A model generated the notes under the pieces. That model made no database searches and was not told the DNA's origin. It worked only from the letters and a program-made list of their open reading frames with translations. Shown here in pieces: positions 22,389 to 24,000 of a stretch of 24,000 nucleotides of DNA. The position numbers and the translations under genes are program-made. Position 1 is the stretch's first letter, and the number at the start of each line of letters is the position of its first letter. The stretch spans positions 1-24,000 of the forward strand of contig JAWKRH010000026.1 of the NCBI GenBank assembly GCA_041389785.1, given 5' to 3'. This DNA comes from Polyangiaceae bacterium (GTDB taxonomy: Bacteria > Myxococcota_A > Polyangia > Polyangiales > Polyangiaceae).

Positions 22389-22697
22389 TTGCGCAAGAAA
22401 AAGAAGAAGAAGACCCCCCATGCCTTTCAGTCCCCCGAGCAGAGCGAGCCGCGCCAGGACCACCTGGAGCTCGAGGGCACCGTCGCCGATGTCTATGCCG
22501 GCGGCCACTTCACCGTCACGCTCGACGCCGGGCCGACGATCAAAGCCGTCGTCAGCGGCCGCATGCGCCGCTATCGCGTGCGCGTCCTGCTCGGTGATCG
22601 CGTGAAGGTGGCGCTCTCGCCCTACGATCTCACGCACGGCCTCATCACGTACCGCACGCTGAATCGCACGCCACAGGGCGTACGTCGCGCGGCCTGA
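22389..22697 (+). CDS. infA: translation initiation factor IF-1 homolog with Lys-rich N-terminal extension
   Basis: The core LELEGTVADVYAGGHFTVTLDAGPTIKAVVSGRMRRYRVRVLLGDRVKVALSPYDLTHGLITYR aligns with the IF-1 S1/OB domain (IEMQGTV...F.V.L.NGH.V.AHISGKMRKN.IRIL.GD.V.VELTPYDL..GRI..R). The only in-frame start is TTG 22389, with GGAG 6 nt upstream, giving the MRKKKKKKTPH.. extension. Confidence 0.78.
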   Translation: MRKKKKKKTPHAFQSPEQSEPRQDHLELEGTVADVYAGGHFTVTLDAGPTIKAVVSGRMRRYRVRVLLGDRVKVALSPYDLTHGLITYRTLNRTPQGVRRAA

Positions 22698-22775
22698 CGG
22701 CGGCCGACCGTCGGCTCCTCGGGGGGGGAGCCCGCGGGACAACGAGAGCGATCGCCCGGCGGGCGCGGCGCTCGG

Positions 22776-23999
<1,224 letters not shown>

Positions 24000-24000
24000 G

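Noticed and set aside
22351-22605. An 84-aa ORF, and the ATG at 22420, overlapping the infA-like gene.
   Set aside because: It lies in a different frame from the clear IF-1 OB-fold sequence, and its translation is Ser/Arg/Pro-rich with no motif.
22713-22732. A GC hairpin (GGCTCC-tcgggggg-GGAGCC) between the convergent infA-like and sigma-54 activator genes, considered as a terminator.
   Set aside because: It has no T-tract on either strand and a short stem in very GC-rich DNA, so it is not distinguishable from chance.

Overview
High-GC (myxobacteria-like; this is inference) window. Nt 1 to ~22310 is an accessory island. Core genes follow: an infA-like gene and a sigma-54 activator that runs off the right edge. 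The island is a tandem array of RHS/YD-repeat C-terminal 'tip + polymorphic toxin' cassettes, each followed by a start/stop-overlapping putative immunity gene. The RHS core-tip motif (MRARVWLPEVGVFSAIDELAY...W.W..QSP.R..DPxGR) occurs nine times, at nt 224, 2493, 4033, 8097, 9931, 12189, 13729, 16008 and 18548. These tips carry five unrelated toxin tails. Two long orphans (11493..12926, 15312..16712) keep about 230 aa of YD-repeat shell; the others keep only about 45 aa. Cassettes are separated by a conserved non-coding module. It comes in two sequence variants that preserve the same two helices through compensatory substitutions and end in an identical junction, CGTGGGGGCAACTCCA. In five positions an antisense DUF559 endonuclease gene also sits between cassettes: one intact, one with a premature stop, one frameshifted, two 5' stumps. 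One cassette is split by an IS21-family element (istA/istB, 5-bp ACCAA duplication). Two adjacent cassettes (8.1-11.3 kb) are indel-riddled pseudogene paralogs of intact cassettes elsewhere in the window. Nt 18517-18795 is a patchwork of six short fragments from other cassettes. The distal part holds toxin-less immunity-type genes, an RraB-like gene, a frameshifted non-RHS toxin remnant, and hypothetical membrane and helical-repeat proteins. The most interesting lead is the structured inter-cassette module together with the DUF559 genes. It may be a cassette recombination or translation-control system, and I do not recognise it as described. All functional calls rest on motif recognition by eye; no database search was possible.
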